From: a virus
Virus record (IMG/VR): IMGVR_UViG_3300043451_000043
Length of the DNA: 64,000 nucleotides
Direction: 5' to 3' (one strand)
A model generated the notes under the pieces. That model was not told the origin of the DNA, did no database searches, and saw only the letters and a program-made list of their open reading frames with translations. The stretch's first letter is position 1. Each line of letters opens with the position of its first letter. This document shows positions 1 through 10,031 of this stretch, in pieces. The position numbers and the translations under genes were made by a program.

Positions 1-1
1 T

Positions 2-136
2 GATGACCTCCACGAATTGGTGGACGAGTTGAAGCGCGTGTCGTATGCCCACGCAGAAACCCACGGTCTGACCGTGACGGAAGCCATTGGTGCACTCGAG
101 CTGGCCAAGCACGAGTTGTTGCTGGAGCAACAATGA
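2..136 (+). CDS. 3' fragment of upstream gene (possibly terminase small subunit); partial at window edge
   Basis: Open frame from the window edge ending in TGA at 134-136, which overlaps the terL ATG at 133 (ATGA coupling). Position upstream of the large terminase. Confidence 0.3.
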   Translation, partial: DDLHELVDELKRVSYAHAETHGLTVTEAIGALELAKHELLLEQQ

Positions 137-1677
137 CTGAGAAAGTAGACCACGCCGCGGTAGAACTTGAGGCCCTGCTTCAGCAGGACTTGGGTTTGCT
201 CACCGAAGACGAGCTTATGGCTTTGGAAGAAGAAGTCGTGGAAGTCGAGCGACGCGAAGCAGCGCGTGCTGCACGTGAATCGTTACTTGAGTTCTGCGTT
301 CGGATGAACCCTGACTACAAGATTGGCGCTCACCACCGGAAATTGGCCCAGCTACTAGAAGACATGGCGTTCGAACGTAAAGATCGCGTCGCTGTGTCAG
401 TACCGCCACGTCACGGTAAGTCATTTCTCGTGTCAGTCTACTTTCCTGCATGGTTTTTAGGCAATTTCCCGAACAAAAAGGTCCTGATGGTGTCTCACAC
501 CACCGATTTGGCGGTGGATTTCGGCCGAAAAGTCCGAAATTTGGTGGACCAACAGACATACAAAGACATATTTCCAACTGTAACACTAGCAGCCGACTCA
601 AAAAGTGCTGGACGTTGGAACACAAACGCAGGCGGAGAGTATTTCGCGTGCGGTGTGGGCTCTGCGCTGGCCGGTCGTGGTGCTGACCTGTTGCTGGTGG
701 ACGACCCACACAACGAACAAGACATTTTGAACGGTAACTACGAGGCTTTCACCAAGGCATACGAGTGGTTCACGTTCGGTGCGCGTACGCGTCTGATGCC
801 CGGCGGCCGTGTGGCTATCGTGCACACCCGTTGGCACCCGAATGACTTGATTGGCAACATGGCCAAGGACATGGCCCGCAACGGTGAGGCCGATCAGTAC
901 GAATTCTTCGAGTTCCCAGCGATTTTCAATGAGGGCACCGAGGATGAGAAGGCCCTGTGGCCAGAGTTCTTCGACCTCAAGGCGTTGCATCGCACCAAAG
1001 CGTCCATGCCAGCGTTCCAGTGGAACGCCCAGTACCAGCAGAACCCGACGGCCGAGGAAGGTGCGCTCATCAAGCGCGAGTGGTGGAGGCTATGGGAGCG
1101 GGAGAACCCGCCACCGTGCGACTACATCATCATGACCCTTGACGCTGCGGCCGAATCCAACAACCGCGCTGACTTTTCCGCACTCTTGACGTGGGGTGTG
1201 TTCGAGGACGAGACCCTGACGCATGGTGCGCCACACATCATCTTGCTCAACGCCGTCAACGTGCGCGTGGAGTTTGGTGACTTGAAGGACCTGTGCCTGC
1301 GCGAGTACAAGGATTGGCAGCCAGACGCGTTCATCGTTGAAAAGAAGTCCAACGGCACGCCGCTGTTCCAAGAATTTCGTCGAATGGGCATCCCCGTGTC
1401 AGAATTCACCCCTCACAGGGGCACCGGTGACAAAGTTGCACGATTAAATGCTGTCTCAGATATTTTCAGATCGGGCATGGTCTGGTATCCTGCGGGTAGG
1501 CGCTGGGCAGAAGCGGTGGTCGAACAGGTCGCAGCTTTCCCAACCTCTGACCACGACGACATGGTTGACTGCACATCTATGGCGCTCGCACGCTTCCGCA
1601 ATGGCGGATTCATTCGTTTAGACAGCGACTACGACGACGAACCCGTAGGCCGCCCACGCAGAGCTGCGTACTATTAA
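133..1677 (+). CDS. terL: terminase large subunit
   Basis: 514 aa. Walker A-like PRHGKS, Walker B-like DLLLVDDPH, C-terminal acidic nuclease-like DHDDMVD. First gene of the head module. Confidence 0.8.
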   Translation: MTEKVDHAAVELEALLQQDLGLLTEDELMALEEEVVEVERREAARAARESLLEFCVRMNPDYKIGAHHRKLAQLLEDMAFERKDRVAVSVPPRHGKSFLVSVYFPAWFLGNFPNKKVLMVSHTTDLAVDFGRKVRNLVDQQTYKDIFPTVTLAADSKSAGRWNTNAGGEYFACGVGSALAGRGADLLLVDDPHNEQDILNGNYEAFTKAYEWFTFGARTRLMPGGRVAIVHTRWHPNDLIGNMAKDMARNGEADQYEFFEFPAIFNEGTEDEKALWPEFFDLKALHRTKASMPAFQWNAQYQQNPTAEEGALIKREWWRLWERENPPPCDYIIMTLDAAAESNNRADFSALLTWGVFEDETLTHGAPHIILLNAVNVRVEFGDLKDLCLREYKDWQPDAFIVEKKSNGTPLFQEFRRMGIPVSEFTPHRGTGDKVARLNAVSDIFRSGMVWYPAGRRWAEAVVEQVAAFPTSDHDDMVDCTSMALARFRNGGFIRLDSDYDDEPVGRPRRAAYY

Positions 1678-1686
1678 GGAACACAC

Positions 1687-4188
1687 ATGGCAATCGACAA
1701 AGCACTATACGGCGCACCAATGGGCTTGGAAGCCACAGCCGGACAACCTGATCTTGAGATCGAAATCGAGAACCCAGAGATGGTGACACTGGATGACGGT
1801 AGCGTAGAGATCACGCTCATCCCCGGTGGTAAAGAAGAAGGTGAAGATGACTTCAACGCCAACTTGGCAGAAGAGCTTGACGAAAGCCTCATGGCCGAGT
1901 TGGGCGAGACGCTTGTTAGTGACTACGGTGACGACCTTGCATCACGCAAAGAGTGGGAGAAGACCTACACCGAAGGCTTGAAATTGTTGGGCCTCCAGTA
2001 CGAAGAGCGTACTGAACCTTGGAACGGCGCGTGCGGCGTGTTCCACCCCATGCTGACAGAAGCCGTGGTGCGTTTCCAGAGCGAGACGATCATGGAGACG
2101 TTCCCTGCAATGGGCCCCGTTAAGACACAGATCATCGGCAAGCAGACCAAAGAGAAGCAAGCTGCGGCCACTCGCGTGCAAGACGACATGAACTATCAGC
2201 TCACAGAGGTGATGGTCGAGTACCGCCCCGAGCACGAGAAGATGTTGTGGAACTTGCCTATCGCGGGTTCTGCGTTTAAGAAGGTGTATTTCGACCCGGC
2301 ACTAGATCGCCAAGTGTCGATGTTCATCCCCGCGGAAGATGTGATCTTGCCTTACGGCACGTCTGAAATGTCACTCGCACCGCGCATCACACACCGTATG
2401 CGCAAGACCGAGAACGAGATCAAGCGCCTCATCAACGCTGGCTTCTATCGCGACATTGAGTTGGGTGACCCCAGCAAACAGCTCGACGAGATTCAGAAAG
2501 CCAAGGACAAAGAGACCGGCTTCAGTGCTGACCACGATGACCGCTTCCAGTTGTTGGAGATTCAGGTCGAGTTGGACCTTGAAGGCTACGAGCACAAGGA
2601 CGAGGATGGCGAACCCACAGGCATCGCTCTGCCTTACATCGTCACGATCGTCAAAGACACCAAAGAAATCTTGGCCATCCGTCGCAACTGGAAAGAGGGC
2701 GACGACACCTACCAAAAGCGCCAGCACATGGTGCACTACCAATACATCCCCGGCTTCGGTGCGTATGGCTTCGGCTTGATTCACTTGATCGGCGGCGCAA
2801 CCAAGAGCGCCACATCCATCACACGCCAGTTGGTGGACGCTGGTACGTTGAGCAACTTGCCCGGCGGTATGAAGACCCGCGGTTTGCGCATCAAGGGCGA
2901 CGACACACCGATCGCACCCGGCGAGTTCCGTGACGTGGACATCACATCTGGCTCGTTGCGCGACAACATCGTGCCGCTGCCATACAAGGAGCCATCGCAA
3001 ACTCTGTTGGCGTTGATGAACCAGATCGTTGACGACGCACGCCGCTTCGCCGCTGTGGCTGACATGAAGGTGTCGGACATGAGCGCCAACGCGCCCGTGG
3101 GTACAACACTGGCCATCCTTGAGCGCATGTTGAAGGTGATGTCTGCTGTGCAGGCCCGCTTGCACTACAGCCTCAAACAAGAATTGAAGTTGTTGGCTGG
3201 CATCATCCGCGACTACACAGACCCAGATTACAGCTACGAAGCCGACGGTCCCCGCGGTGCGCAGGCTAAAGAGTCTGACTATCACCAAGTCGAAGTCATC
3301 CCTGTTAGCGACCCCAACGCCGCAACCATGTCACAACGCGTGGTTCAGTACCAAGCCGTCATGCAGATGGCTGAGAAGGCACCACAGATTTACGACCAGC
3401 CCTACCTGCATCGCCAGATGTTGGAAGTGCTTGGTGTGAAGCACGCCGACAAGTTGGTACCAACCGAAGACGACATGAAGCCGGTGGACCCAGTGACAGA
3501 GAACATGAACGTGTTGAAGAACAAACCTGTCAAGGCGTTCCTCGAACAAGACCACGACGCACACATCGCTGTGCACATGGCTGCTATGCAAGACCCCAAG
3601 CTCATGCAGATCATGGGTCAGAACCCACAGGCCCAACTCATCTTGGGTGCTATGCACGCTCACTTGGCCGAACACGCTGGCTTCGCATATCGCAAGAAGA
3701 TCGAAGAGCAGTTGGGTGTACCACTCCCATTGCCCGGCAAGGACCAAGACCCAGAGATCGAGCGCGAGTTGGCACCATTGATCGCGCAAGCTGCACAACA
3801 GTTGTTGAAGCAGAACCAGATCGACATGGCCCAACAGCAACAGGCACAAGCTGCACAGCAAGCTGCCCAAGACCCATCTACCCAGATCGACTTGCAGAAG
3901 CTGCAACTCGAAGGTGCGAAAGTTCAGATCGCCCAGAAGAAGTTGGAGATGGATGCGGCCGCCAAGGCAGACCAAATCGACGTCGAACGCGAACGTATCG
4001 CTGCGCAAGAGCGCATCGCCGGTATGCAGGTCGGCGCAAAAACAGCCCACGACAAGGCATCCTTGTCAGCTAAACAACAAGCCGAAGGCTTGCGTATTGG
4101 TGTTGACATCGCACGTTCGAAAGAACAGATGCAGCACCAAGCACATCAATCCGCCCAACAGGCGCAACAAAAGAAGGAATCTAATTGA
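1687..4188 (+). CDS. portal protein (putative)
   Basis: 833 aa directly after terL. Long C-terminal Q/A-rich helical region as in P22-type portal barrels. Followed by scaffold and capsid genes. Confidence 0.6.
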   Translation: MAIDKALYGAPMGLEATAGQPDLEIEIENPEMVTLDDGSVEITLIPGGKEEGEDDFNANLAEELDESLMAELGETLVSDYGDDLASRKEWEKTYTEGLKLLGLQYEERTEPWNGACGVFHPMLTEAVVRFQSETIMETFPAMGPVKTQIIGKQTKEKQAAATRVQDDMNYQLTEVMVEYRPEHEKMLWNLPIAGSAFKKVYFDPALDRQVSMFIPAEDVILPYGTSEMSLAPRITHRMRKTENEIKRLINAGFYRDIELGDPSKQLDEIQKAKDKETGFSADHDDRFQLLEIQVELDLEGYEHKDEDGEPTGIALPYIVTIVKDTKEILAIRRNWKEGDDTYQKRQHMVHYQYIPGFGAYGFGLIHLIGGATKSATSITRQLVDAGTLSNLPGGMKTRGLRIKGDDTPIAPGEFRDVDITSGSLRDNIVPLPYKEPSQTLLALMNQIVDDARRFAAVADMKVSDMSANAPVGTTLAILERMLKVMSAVQARLHYSLKQELKLLAGIIRDYTDPDYSYEADGPRGAQAKESDYHQVEVIPVSDPNAATMSQRVVQYQAVMQMAEKAPQIYDQPYLHRQMLEVLGVKHADKLVPTEDDMKPVDPVTENMNVLKNKPVKAFLEQDHDAHIAVHMAAMQDPKLMQIMGQNPQAQLILGAMHAHLAEHAGFAYRKKIEEQLGVPLPLPGKDQDPEIERELAPLIAQAAQQLLKQNQIDMAQQQQAQAAQQAAQDPSTQIDLQKLQLEGAKVQIAQKKLEMDAAAKADQIDVERERIAAQERIAGMQVGAKTAHDKASLSAKQQAEGLRIGVDIARSKEQMQHQAHQSAQQAQQKKESN

Positions 4189-4379
4189 TACCTGAACTAG
4201 AAATCTTGCGGAAGAAATTCCGTGAACGCATGAACGATGTCGCGGATAACGTGTCAACGGGTAAATGCGCTGATTTTGGTGAATACCAAAAACTCTGCGG
4301 GGTGATCGAGGGCTTGGCCTACGCAGAACGTGACTTAATCGACCTCGCAGAAACTATGGAGAAAGCTCAAGATGAGTGA
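4185..4379 (+). CDS. hypothetical protein
   Basis: 64-aa ORF overlapping the portal stop (ATGA-type coupling). Head module. Confidence 0.4.
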   Translation: MIPELEILRKKFRERMNDVADNVSTGKCADFGEYQKLCGVIEGLAYAERDLIDLAETMEKAQDE

Positions 4380-4821
4380 AATCATTTTGCCTAACGCTGG
4401 CATCATCACACCCGGTATGTATGCCATCCCTGAAGTCCCACAGATTTCAGAAAAACAAGTCGAAGAAATCCCAATTGAGGAACGTGCACGCCAACTGCCC
4501 GAACCAAAAGGCTGGATGATTTTGGCTGCCGTGATTGATGTACCTGAGACATTCGAAGGTTCAAACATTATTCGCGCTGAAGCTACACGCAAGTCAGATG
4601 AGATGACCTCACCTGTGCTCTACGTGATGCAACTGGGCCCAGAAGCCTACAAAGACGAAACCAAATTCCCAAGCGGCCCCCGCTGCAAGGAAGGTGATTT
4701 CATCTTGACTCGCCCCTACGCAGGTACGCGAGTAAAAATCCACGGCAAAGAATTCCGCTTGCTCAACGACGACCAAGTAGAAGCGACCGTGCAAGACCCA
4801 CGTGGCATTAGCCGCGCATAA
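4372..4821 (+). CDS. hypothetical head-module protein
   Basis: 149-aa ORF overlapping the upstream gene end, coding-like composition. Confidence 0.45.
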   Translation: MSEIILPNAGIITPGMYAIPEVPQISEKQVEEIPIEERARQLPEPKGWMILAAVIDVPETFEGSNIIRAEATRKSDEMTSPVLYVMQLGPEAYKDETKFPSGPRCKEGDFILTRPYAGTRVKIHGKEFRLLNDDQVEATVQDPRGISRA

Positions 4822-4831
4822 GGAGTGAACG

Positions 4832-5875
4832 ATGTCTAAATTTAGAGGCGATACGTTCAAGTTCCCCGATGAAGTCCAAGTCAAACCCAAAGTGGGTGCG
4901 GAAGACGACGCAAAGGTGGAGTTTGAAATCGAGGGCCAAGAAGTCAAAGATGACAGCGACAAGGTTGTCAAGGAAGACAAGCCCAAGAAAGACGAACCTG
5001 AGATTGAGATTGTTGAAGACGAACCTGAGATTGAGAAGGCCACACCACATGCGGCCGACCCAGACGAAGAAGAGTTGGACCAATACTCATCGAACGTTAA
5101 AAAGCGAATTGACAAGCTGACACTGGCTCGTCGTGAAGAAGAGCGTGCAAAGCAGGCAGCCCTTCGCGAAAAGGCAGAGCTTGAACGTCTCGCACAAGCG
5201 GTGACGGAAGAAAACCGTCGCTTGCAAGAGTACATGCAGAACGGCGAGAAAGCCTACATGGAGAAGGTGCAAGCCCTCGCCCAAGTAGAGCTGGAACGCG
5301 CCAAGCAGAAGATGAGCCAAGCGTACGACGCGGGCGATTCGTCAGCATTGGCTAATGCACAGGAAGAAATGATGTTGGCCGGGCTAAAAGTGCAACAAGC
5401 ACAAAATTTTCGCCCAACCCCTATACAACAGCTAAAACCTGTAGTACAGTCCGCTCAAACGGCCCCCGCAGAGGTAGAGCCCGACCTAGACCCAAAGACA
5501 GCCGCATGGATGTCCAAGAATGAATGGTTCGGCGATGCTAAGAAAAAAGCCATGACCAGCTATGCGATGGGACTGCACCAAGAATTGGTCGATGATTACG
5601 GGCAAGACTTTGCCCGCACGGATAAATACTTCCAACATATCGACGCTCAAATGCGTCGCGTCTTCCCCGGTGAATTCGGCATTGAGCCCGAAGAAACCAC
5701 CCGGGAAACCCCAACCAAGACAAAACCCGCAACTGTTGTTGCGCCTGCGAGTCGTGTGACGGCGGCGAAGAAAATTCGCTTGACCCAAACACAAGTGTCG
5801 ATTGCCAAACGGCTAGGCGTCCCACTTGAAACTTATGCAAAACATGTAGCTGCTATGGAGAAACAAAATGGCTGA
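4832..5875 (+). CDS. scaffolding protein (putative)
   Basis: 347 aa, highly acidic/charged with coiled-coil character. Internal tandem duplication KDEPEIEIVEDEPEIEK. Sits between portal and capsid. Confidence 0.55.
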   Translation: MSKFRGDTFKFPDEVQVKPKVGAEDDAKVEFEIEGQEVKDDSDKVVKEDKPKKDEPEIEIVEDEPEIEKATPHAADPDEEELDQYSSNVKKRIDKLTLARREEERAKQAALREKAELERLAQAVTEENRRLQEYMQNGEKAYMEKVQALAQVELERAKQKMSQAYDAGDSSALANAQEEMMLAGLKVQQAQNFRPTPIQQLKPVVQSAQTAPAEVEPDLDPKTAAWMSKNEWFGDAKKKAMTSYAMGLHQELVDDYGQDFARTDKYFQHIDAQMRRVFPGEFGIEPEETTRETPTKTKPATVVAPASRVTAAKKIRLTQTQVSIAKRLGVPLETYAKHVAAMEKQNG

Positions 5876-6317
5876 AATTGACCGTAACCCACGTACCAAA
5901 TCCACTCGCGACGCTACCAAGCGTGTCGGATGGAAACCAGCAAGTATTCTTCCAGAGCCAGACAAACGACCCGGTATCGGGCACCGTTGGATTGCTACAT
6001 CCGTGCTAGGCGAATCCCAGCACACCAACGTGTCGAAAAAACGACGCGAAGGTTGGGAACCTGTACGTGCAGAAGATTATCCAGAACTTGAAGTTGTGGG
6101 TAATGCTCAAGGAAACGTCGAGATCGGTGGCTTGATGCTCTGCTCTGCCCCGCTTGAGATGATTGATTCCCGTAATGAGTATTACGCGAACGCTTCTCAA
6201 GCACAAACCGACTCTGTTGACCACAAGTTCACTGGGCTCTCAGACCCCCGTATGCCTGTGTTCTCTGAGAAAAAATCGGGTGTGTCGCGAGGCGCATCCT
6301 TTGGAACTGGAAATTAA
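5868..6317 (+). CDS. hypothetical head-module protein
   Basis: 149-aa ORF, overlaps the scaffold stop. Confidence 0.45.
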   Translation: MAEIDRNPRTKSTRDATKRVGWKPASILPEPDKRPGIGHRWIATSVLGESQHTNVSKKRREGWEPVRAEDYPELEVVGNAQGNVEIGGLMLCSAPLEMIDSRNEYYANASQAQTDSVDHKFTGLSDPRMPVFSEKKSGVSRGASFGTGN

Positions 6318-6330
6318 CTAGGAGCTAACT

Positions 6331-6927
6331 ATGGCATTCCCAACTGTCTCAGCACCTTATGGCTTGGACCCCGTCAATTCGCTTGACGGTAAGCCCTACG
6401 CCGGTGCTACCCGCCTGATTCCCGTTGCCGCTGGTTTCGGTACTGCCATTTTCAATGGCGATACCGTGCAAATCGACAGCACCGGTTATCTCATTAAATC
6501 AACCTCAACTAACGCTGGCACTATCGTTGGCGTGTGTATGGGTGGTCAATACGTGAACTCGAGCGGTCAAACCGTTCAAGGTCAGTACATCCCTGCATTG
6601 GCTTCGACTGCTGCTAACCCAGCATACGCCTACGTTGTGGACGACCAACAAGCATTGTTCAAAGTGGCCGTTGTTACCTCTGGTACAACTATGGGCACCG
6701 CGAGCCGCGCTGATGTCGGTTCTAACGTTGCTTTGGTGTTGAACGCTGGTTCCACTACCACCGGTGACTCAGCTTTTGCTGTGACATTGACTGGTGCTGG
6801 TACAACTGCAACCATCCCATTGCGCGTTATCGACGTGGTTGAGCAAACTGCCACTGCTCCCGGTGTGTACACCGAGTTGTTGGTGAAGATCAACGCCCAC
6901 CAATACAACAACACTACTGGTGTTTAA
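6331..6927 (+). CDS. capsid-associated/decoration-like protein (putative)
   Basis: 198 aa, G/T/A-rich and beta-rich composition, immediately upstream of the major capsid gene. RBS-like AGGAG upstream. Confidence 0.4.
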   Translation: MAFPTVSAPYGLDPVNSLDGKPYAGATRLIPVAAGFGTAIFNGDTVQIDSTGYLIKSTSTNAGTIVGVCMGGQYVNSSGQTVQGQYIPALASTAANPAYAYVVDDQQALFKVAVVTSGTTMGTASRADVGSNVALVLNAGSTTTGDSAFAVTLTGAGTTATIPLRVIDVVEQTATAPGVYTELLVKINAHQYNNTTGV

Positions 6928-6937
6928 GGAGTAAAAC

Positions 6938-7867
6938 ATGGCTATTTCACGCGCACAACTGCTCAAAGAATTGCTGCCCGGCCTGAACGCTTTGTTCGGC
7001 ATGGAATATGCACGCTACGGCGAAGAGCACAAAGAAATCTTCGAAACAGAAGCCTCTGAGCGTTCATTCGAAGAAGAAACCAAGCTGTCTGGCTTCACTG
7101 CCGCACCAGTCAAAAACGAAGGTTCTGCCATCGCTTATGACAATGCGCAAGAAGCATGGACTGCACGTTACAACCACGAGACAATCGCACAAGGTTTCTC
7201 TATCACTGAAGAAGCGATGGAAGACAACTTGTACGACAGCTTGAGCAATCGTTACACGAAAGCTTTGGCCCGCTCGATGGCTTACACCAAGCAAGTTAAA
7301 GCTGCTGCTATCTTGAACAACGGCTTCAGCCAAAACTACCTCGGTGGTGACGGCGTGTCATTGTTTGGTTACAACAGCTCTGGCACATTGGTGAACCACC
7401 CATTGGTTTCTGGTGGTACCAACGCCAACACACCCGCTGTCGCCGCCGACTTGAACGAGACTTCTTTGGAAGCCGCCGTGATTCAAATCGCTGGTTGGAC
7501 AGACGAACGTGGTCTGTTGATCGCCGCACGTCCTAAGAAATTGGTTGTGCCTCCAAACCTGATGTTCGTTGCAAAACGTCTGTTGGACACCGAACTCCGC
7601 GTCGGTACAACTGACAACGACATCAACGCGTTGAAGCAAATGGGCGCAATCCCAGAAGGCTACACCGTTAACCACTTCTTGACAGACACCAACGCATGGT
7701 TCCTGTTGACAGACGTGCCAAACGGCTTGAAGCACTTCGAACGCGTGGCTTTGGCCACTTCGATGGACGGTGACTTCGACACCGGCAACGTGCGCTACAA
7801 GGCACGTGAGCGTTACAGCTTCGGCTGGTCTGACCCACTCGGCGTCTACGGCTCTGCTGGCGCTTAA
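6938..7867 (+). CDS. major capsid protein (putative)
   Basis: 309 aa. Strong RBS (AAGGAG). Followed by a strong intrinsic terminator, as is typical for a highly expressed major capsid gene. Position after the scaffold. Confidence 0.6.
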   Translation: MAISRAQLLKELLPGLNALFGMEYARYGEEHKEIFETEASERSFEEETKLSGFTAAPVKNEGSAIAYDNAQEAWTARYNHETIAQGFSITEEAMEDNLYDSLSNRYTKALARSMAYTKQVKAAAILNNGFSQNYLGGDGVSLFGYNSSGTLVNHPLVSGGTNANTPAVAADLNETSLEAAVIQIAGWTDERGLLIAARPKKLVVPPNLMFVAKRLLDTELRVGTTDNDINALKQMGAIPEGYTVNHFLTDTNAWFLLTDVPNGLKHFERVALATSMDGDFDTGNVRYKARERYSFGWSDPLGVYGSAGA

Positions 7868-7877
7868 TGCACCACTG

Positions 7878-7906
7878 AAAAGGTCCTTCGGGACCTTTTC
7901 TTTTTG
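7878..7906 (+). terminator. rho-independent terminator
   Basis: Stem AAAAGGTCC-TTCG-GGACCTTTT followed by a T-run (CTTTTTGG). Confidence 0.8.
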
Positions 7907-8015
7907 GTGAAACGGGTGTATATTCACCCCAACCGGAATTTTCGGTGCGGCAAACAGGTCCGGCTGACCACATGCAGATTGGCGCACCACAACGCATGAT
8001 TTAAGGAGCATCCTC

Positions 8016-8450
8016 ATGGGATTCGCAACTCACTTAGGCCCTTGGTTGTTGGGCACTGTCAAAAACACTACTGGCACTACTGCTGGCACCGTTCGCAATA
8101 TGGGCGCTACCGTGGTCACTCAATCCGTTCCTATGGTCGCTGGCTCTGCCGTGACATTGATGTTGCCCGCTGGCGCGTTGATTCATGACGTGCAAGGCTA
8201 TGTGACTACCGGCGCTGTTGGCACGCCAAACGTGACTGTTGGCGGCACAATCATCGGTACACTTTCCACCGCCGCTGGCTTGAACGCTCTTAGCGTTACC
8301 GCAGCTAACGTAGGTACCATGTTGAACGTAGGTTCTACCGACGCTTTGTTGAGCTACACAGCTACCGCCGCTTCGGCCGGTACGTTGGTTGTTACCTACA
8401 CCGTCCGTGGTTCTGACGGCGCTGCTAACCCAACTAGCACACAACAATAA
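8016..8450 (+). CDS. virion protein, A/T/G-rich (decoration/Ig-like candidate)
   Basis: 144 aa, RBS AAGGAG, followed by a hairpin terminator. Confidence 0.45.
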   Translation: MGFATHLGPWLLGTVKNTTGTTAGTVRNMGATVVTQSVPMVAGSAVTLMLPAGALIHDVQGYVTTGAVGTPNVTVGGTIIGTLSTAAGLNALSVTAANVGTMLNVGSTDALLSYTATAASAGTLVVTYTVRGSDGAANPTSTQQ

Positions 8451-8458
8451 TTGATCTC

Positions 8459-8480
8459 AGGGGCTTCGGCCCCTGTCTTT
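8459..8480 (+). terminator. putative intrinsic terminator
   Basis: AGGGGC-TTCG-GCCCCT hairpin followed by a short T-rich tract (GTCTTT). Confidence 0.5.
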
Positions 8481-8488
8481 AAAGGAGA

Positions 8489-8785
8489 TTGATTATGACC
8501 ATGCAATATGATGTAAAGAGTACGCACTTAAACACGTCTGGTTCGGTGTACGCCAGCCGTGCGCGTGTGAAGGGCTTCTCTATCTGCGCAACTGCAAGTG
8601 CGGCCGGTACCTTGATTTTGAAGGACGGTGGTTCTAGCGGCACGAACTTGCTTGAGATTGATATTCCCTCGAACTCGAACCCAAACTCGTTTTACGTGTT
8701 GGTGCCGGGTGAAGGCGTATTGTTTTCAACCAACATTTACGCGACCCTTACGAACATCGCAAGCGTAACGGTGTTCTATGGCTGA
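8489..8785 (+). CDS. hypothetical protein
   Basis: 98 aa, RBS AAGGAGA upstream. Confidence 0.45.
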   Translation: MIMTMQYDVKSTHLNTSGSVYASRARVKGFSICATASAAGTLILKDGGSSGTNLLEIDIPSNSNPNSFYVLVPGEGVLFSTNIYATLTNIASVTVFYG

Positions 8786-9521
8786 TACCGAGAAGAGCAT
8801 TAGCCTAGCTGGGCGCAAACTCATGATTGCGATTCCAGCCTACGACAACAAGCTGAACATTGACGCAGCTTTTGCCTTGTCCAATCTGGCCGTTCAGGTT
8901 CAGTCGTTGGGGGTTAAGCTCTACCTCACGCACCTCTCGGGGTGCTCCCTCATTACGAAGGCTCGCAACTCATTGGTTGCGGACTTCTTGAAATCCGACG
9001 CGGACACGCTTTTGTTCGTCGATGCGGATATGGTGATTACCGCTGACGCCGTGCTCCGCCTTTTTGCGTTGAGCTTAGACAAAGACATCACAGCCGGTAG
9101 CTACCCACGTCGCGGCGCTGACCGCAAGTTCTTTTTAGATTACTACCTCGATGAGAACGGTGCTCTTGAGTTCGATAAGAACGGTTTGATGCGCGTAAAA
9201 CGTGTCGGCACCGGGTTCATGATGATTCAGCGGCACGTCCTTGAGACGATGGTTGCCAACCACCCAGAGTGGTCATACAACAACAACGTCGATAACCGTA
9301 CCGACAGCGCCATTTTTGACCTGAAGATCATCAATGGCGAATACTACGGCGAAGACTACCTCTTCTGTGACCGCGCAGCCGAAGACGGCTTCACGGTCTT
9401 CCTAGACCCCTCAATCAGTATCCCCCATATGGGCCAAGAGAAGTTCACCCGTGACTTCAACGAGGACGTCCTACAGCCATTGCTGGCCCAACACTGCACC
9501 GCAGTACCAAAGGCGGCGTAA
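8778..9521 (+). CDS. family 2 (GT-A fold) glycosyltransferase-like protein
   Basis: N-terminal LMIAIPAYDN resembles the IIPxYN motif. FVDADM is a DxD motif. GEDYLFCDRAAEDGF...PHMG resembles the GT2 C-terminal ED...H region. Confidence 0.6.
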   Translation: MADTEKSISLAGRKLMIAIPAYDNKLNIDAAFALSNLAVQVQSLGVKLYLTHLSGCSLITKARNSLVADFLKSDADTLLFVDADMVITADAVLRLFALSLDKDITAGSYPRRGADRKFFLDYYLDENGALEFDKNGLMRVKRVGTGFMMIQRHVLETMVANHPEWSYNNNVDNRTDSAIFDLKIINGEYYGEDYLFCDRAAEDGFTVFLDPSISIPHMGQEKFTRDFNEDVLQPLLAQHCTAVPKAA

Positions 9522-9763
9522 TGGAACTGATGATCTGGAACATCGCCCTGTCAGCCGTGCTTGCGCTGGTTGCATGGGTACTGAAAGACAAAGCCGAGGA
9601 ACTCAAACGCCTTGGCATCTTGCTGAACAAAACACGCGAAGAAGTCGCACGCGACTACGTAACGCGCACCGAAATTCACGCCGACATCACGCGGGTCCTC
9701 GACCGGTTGGATAGGCTGGATGAAAAGTTGGACCGTCTTGTGGAGAAACGTCATGGCATCTAA
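9521..9763 (+). CDS. small membrane protein (one TM helix plus coiled coil)
   Basis: 80 aa. Hydrophobic N-terminus IALSAVLALVAWVL followed by a charged helical region. ATGA overlap with the GT gene. Confidence 0.4.
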   Translation: MELMIWNIALSAVLALVAWVLKDKAEELKRLGILLNKTREEVARDYVTRTEIHADITRVLDRLDRLDEKLDRLVEKRHGI

Positions 9764-9845
9764 ACCACGCGTGGACCTGCAACGGGTCAATGAAAAGAAA
9801 ACCAACCACGGCGACATGTCGCTTTTTAAACAAGGAGGCCAAGTC

Positions 9846-10016
9846 ATGGCTACTAAATCTGCTATCACTAAAGCAAAAATGGGTTCTGTCAAAACTGCTG
9901 CCCCTAGCAAAGACGGCGTTGCATCCAAGGGTAAAACCAAGGGCAAGCAAGTCGCTATGAAGGGCATGAAGCCTCTGGGCATGTGCTCTGGCGGCATGAC
10001 CAAAGGCAAGAAGTAA
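9846..10016 (+). CDS. small lysine-rich basic protein (family member 1)
   Basis: ATG at 9846 preceded by AAGGAGG. 56 aa with a very high K/G content. Confidence 0.45.
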   Translation: MATKSAITKAKMGSVKTAAPSKDGVASKGKTKGKQVAMKGMKPLGMCSGGMTKGKK

Positions 10017-10031
10017 TTCAAGGAGGCCACT

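Noticed and set aside
2371-4050. Long antisense ORFs (2371-3288 -, 3331-4050 -, also 4609-5235 -, 7358-8017 -, 25258-26449 -, 30342-30863 -, 32202-33413 -) inside large + strand genes
   Set aside because: They lie wholly inside well-supported structural genes on the opposite strand. They have Arg/His/Leu/Val-rich compositions typical of GC-rich antisense frames and no RBS. They are treated as spurious.
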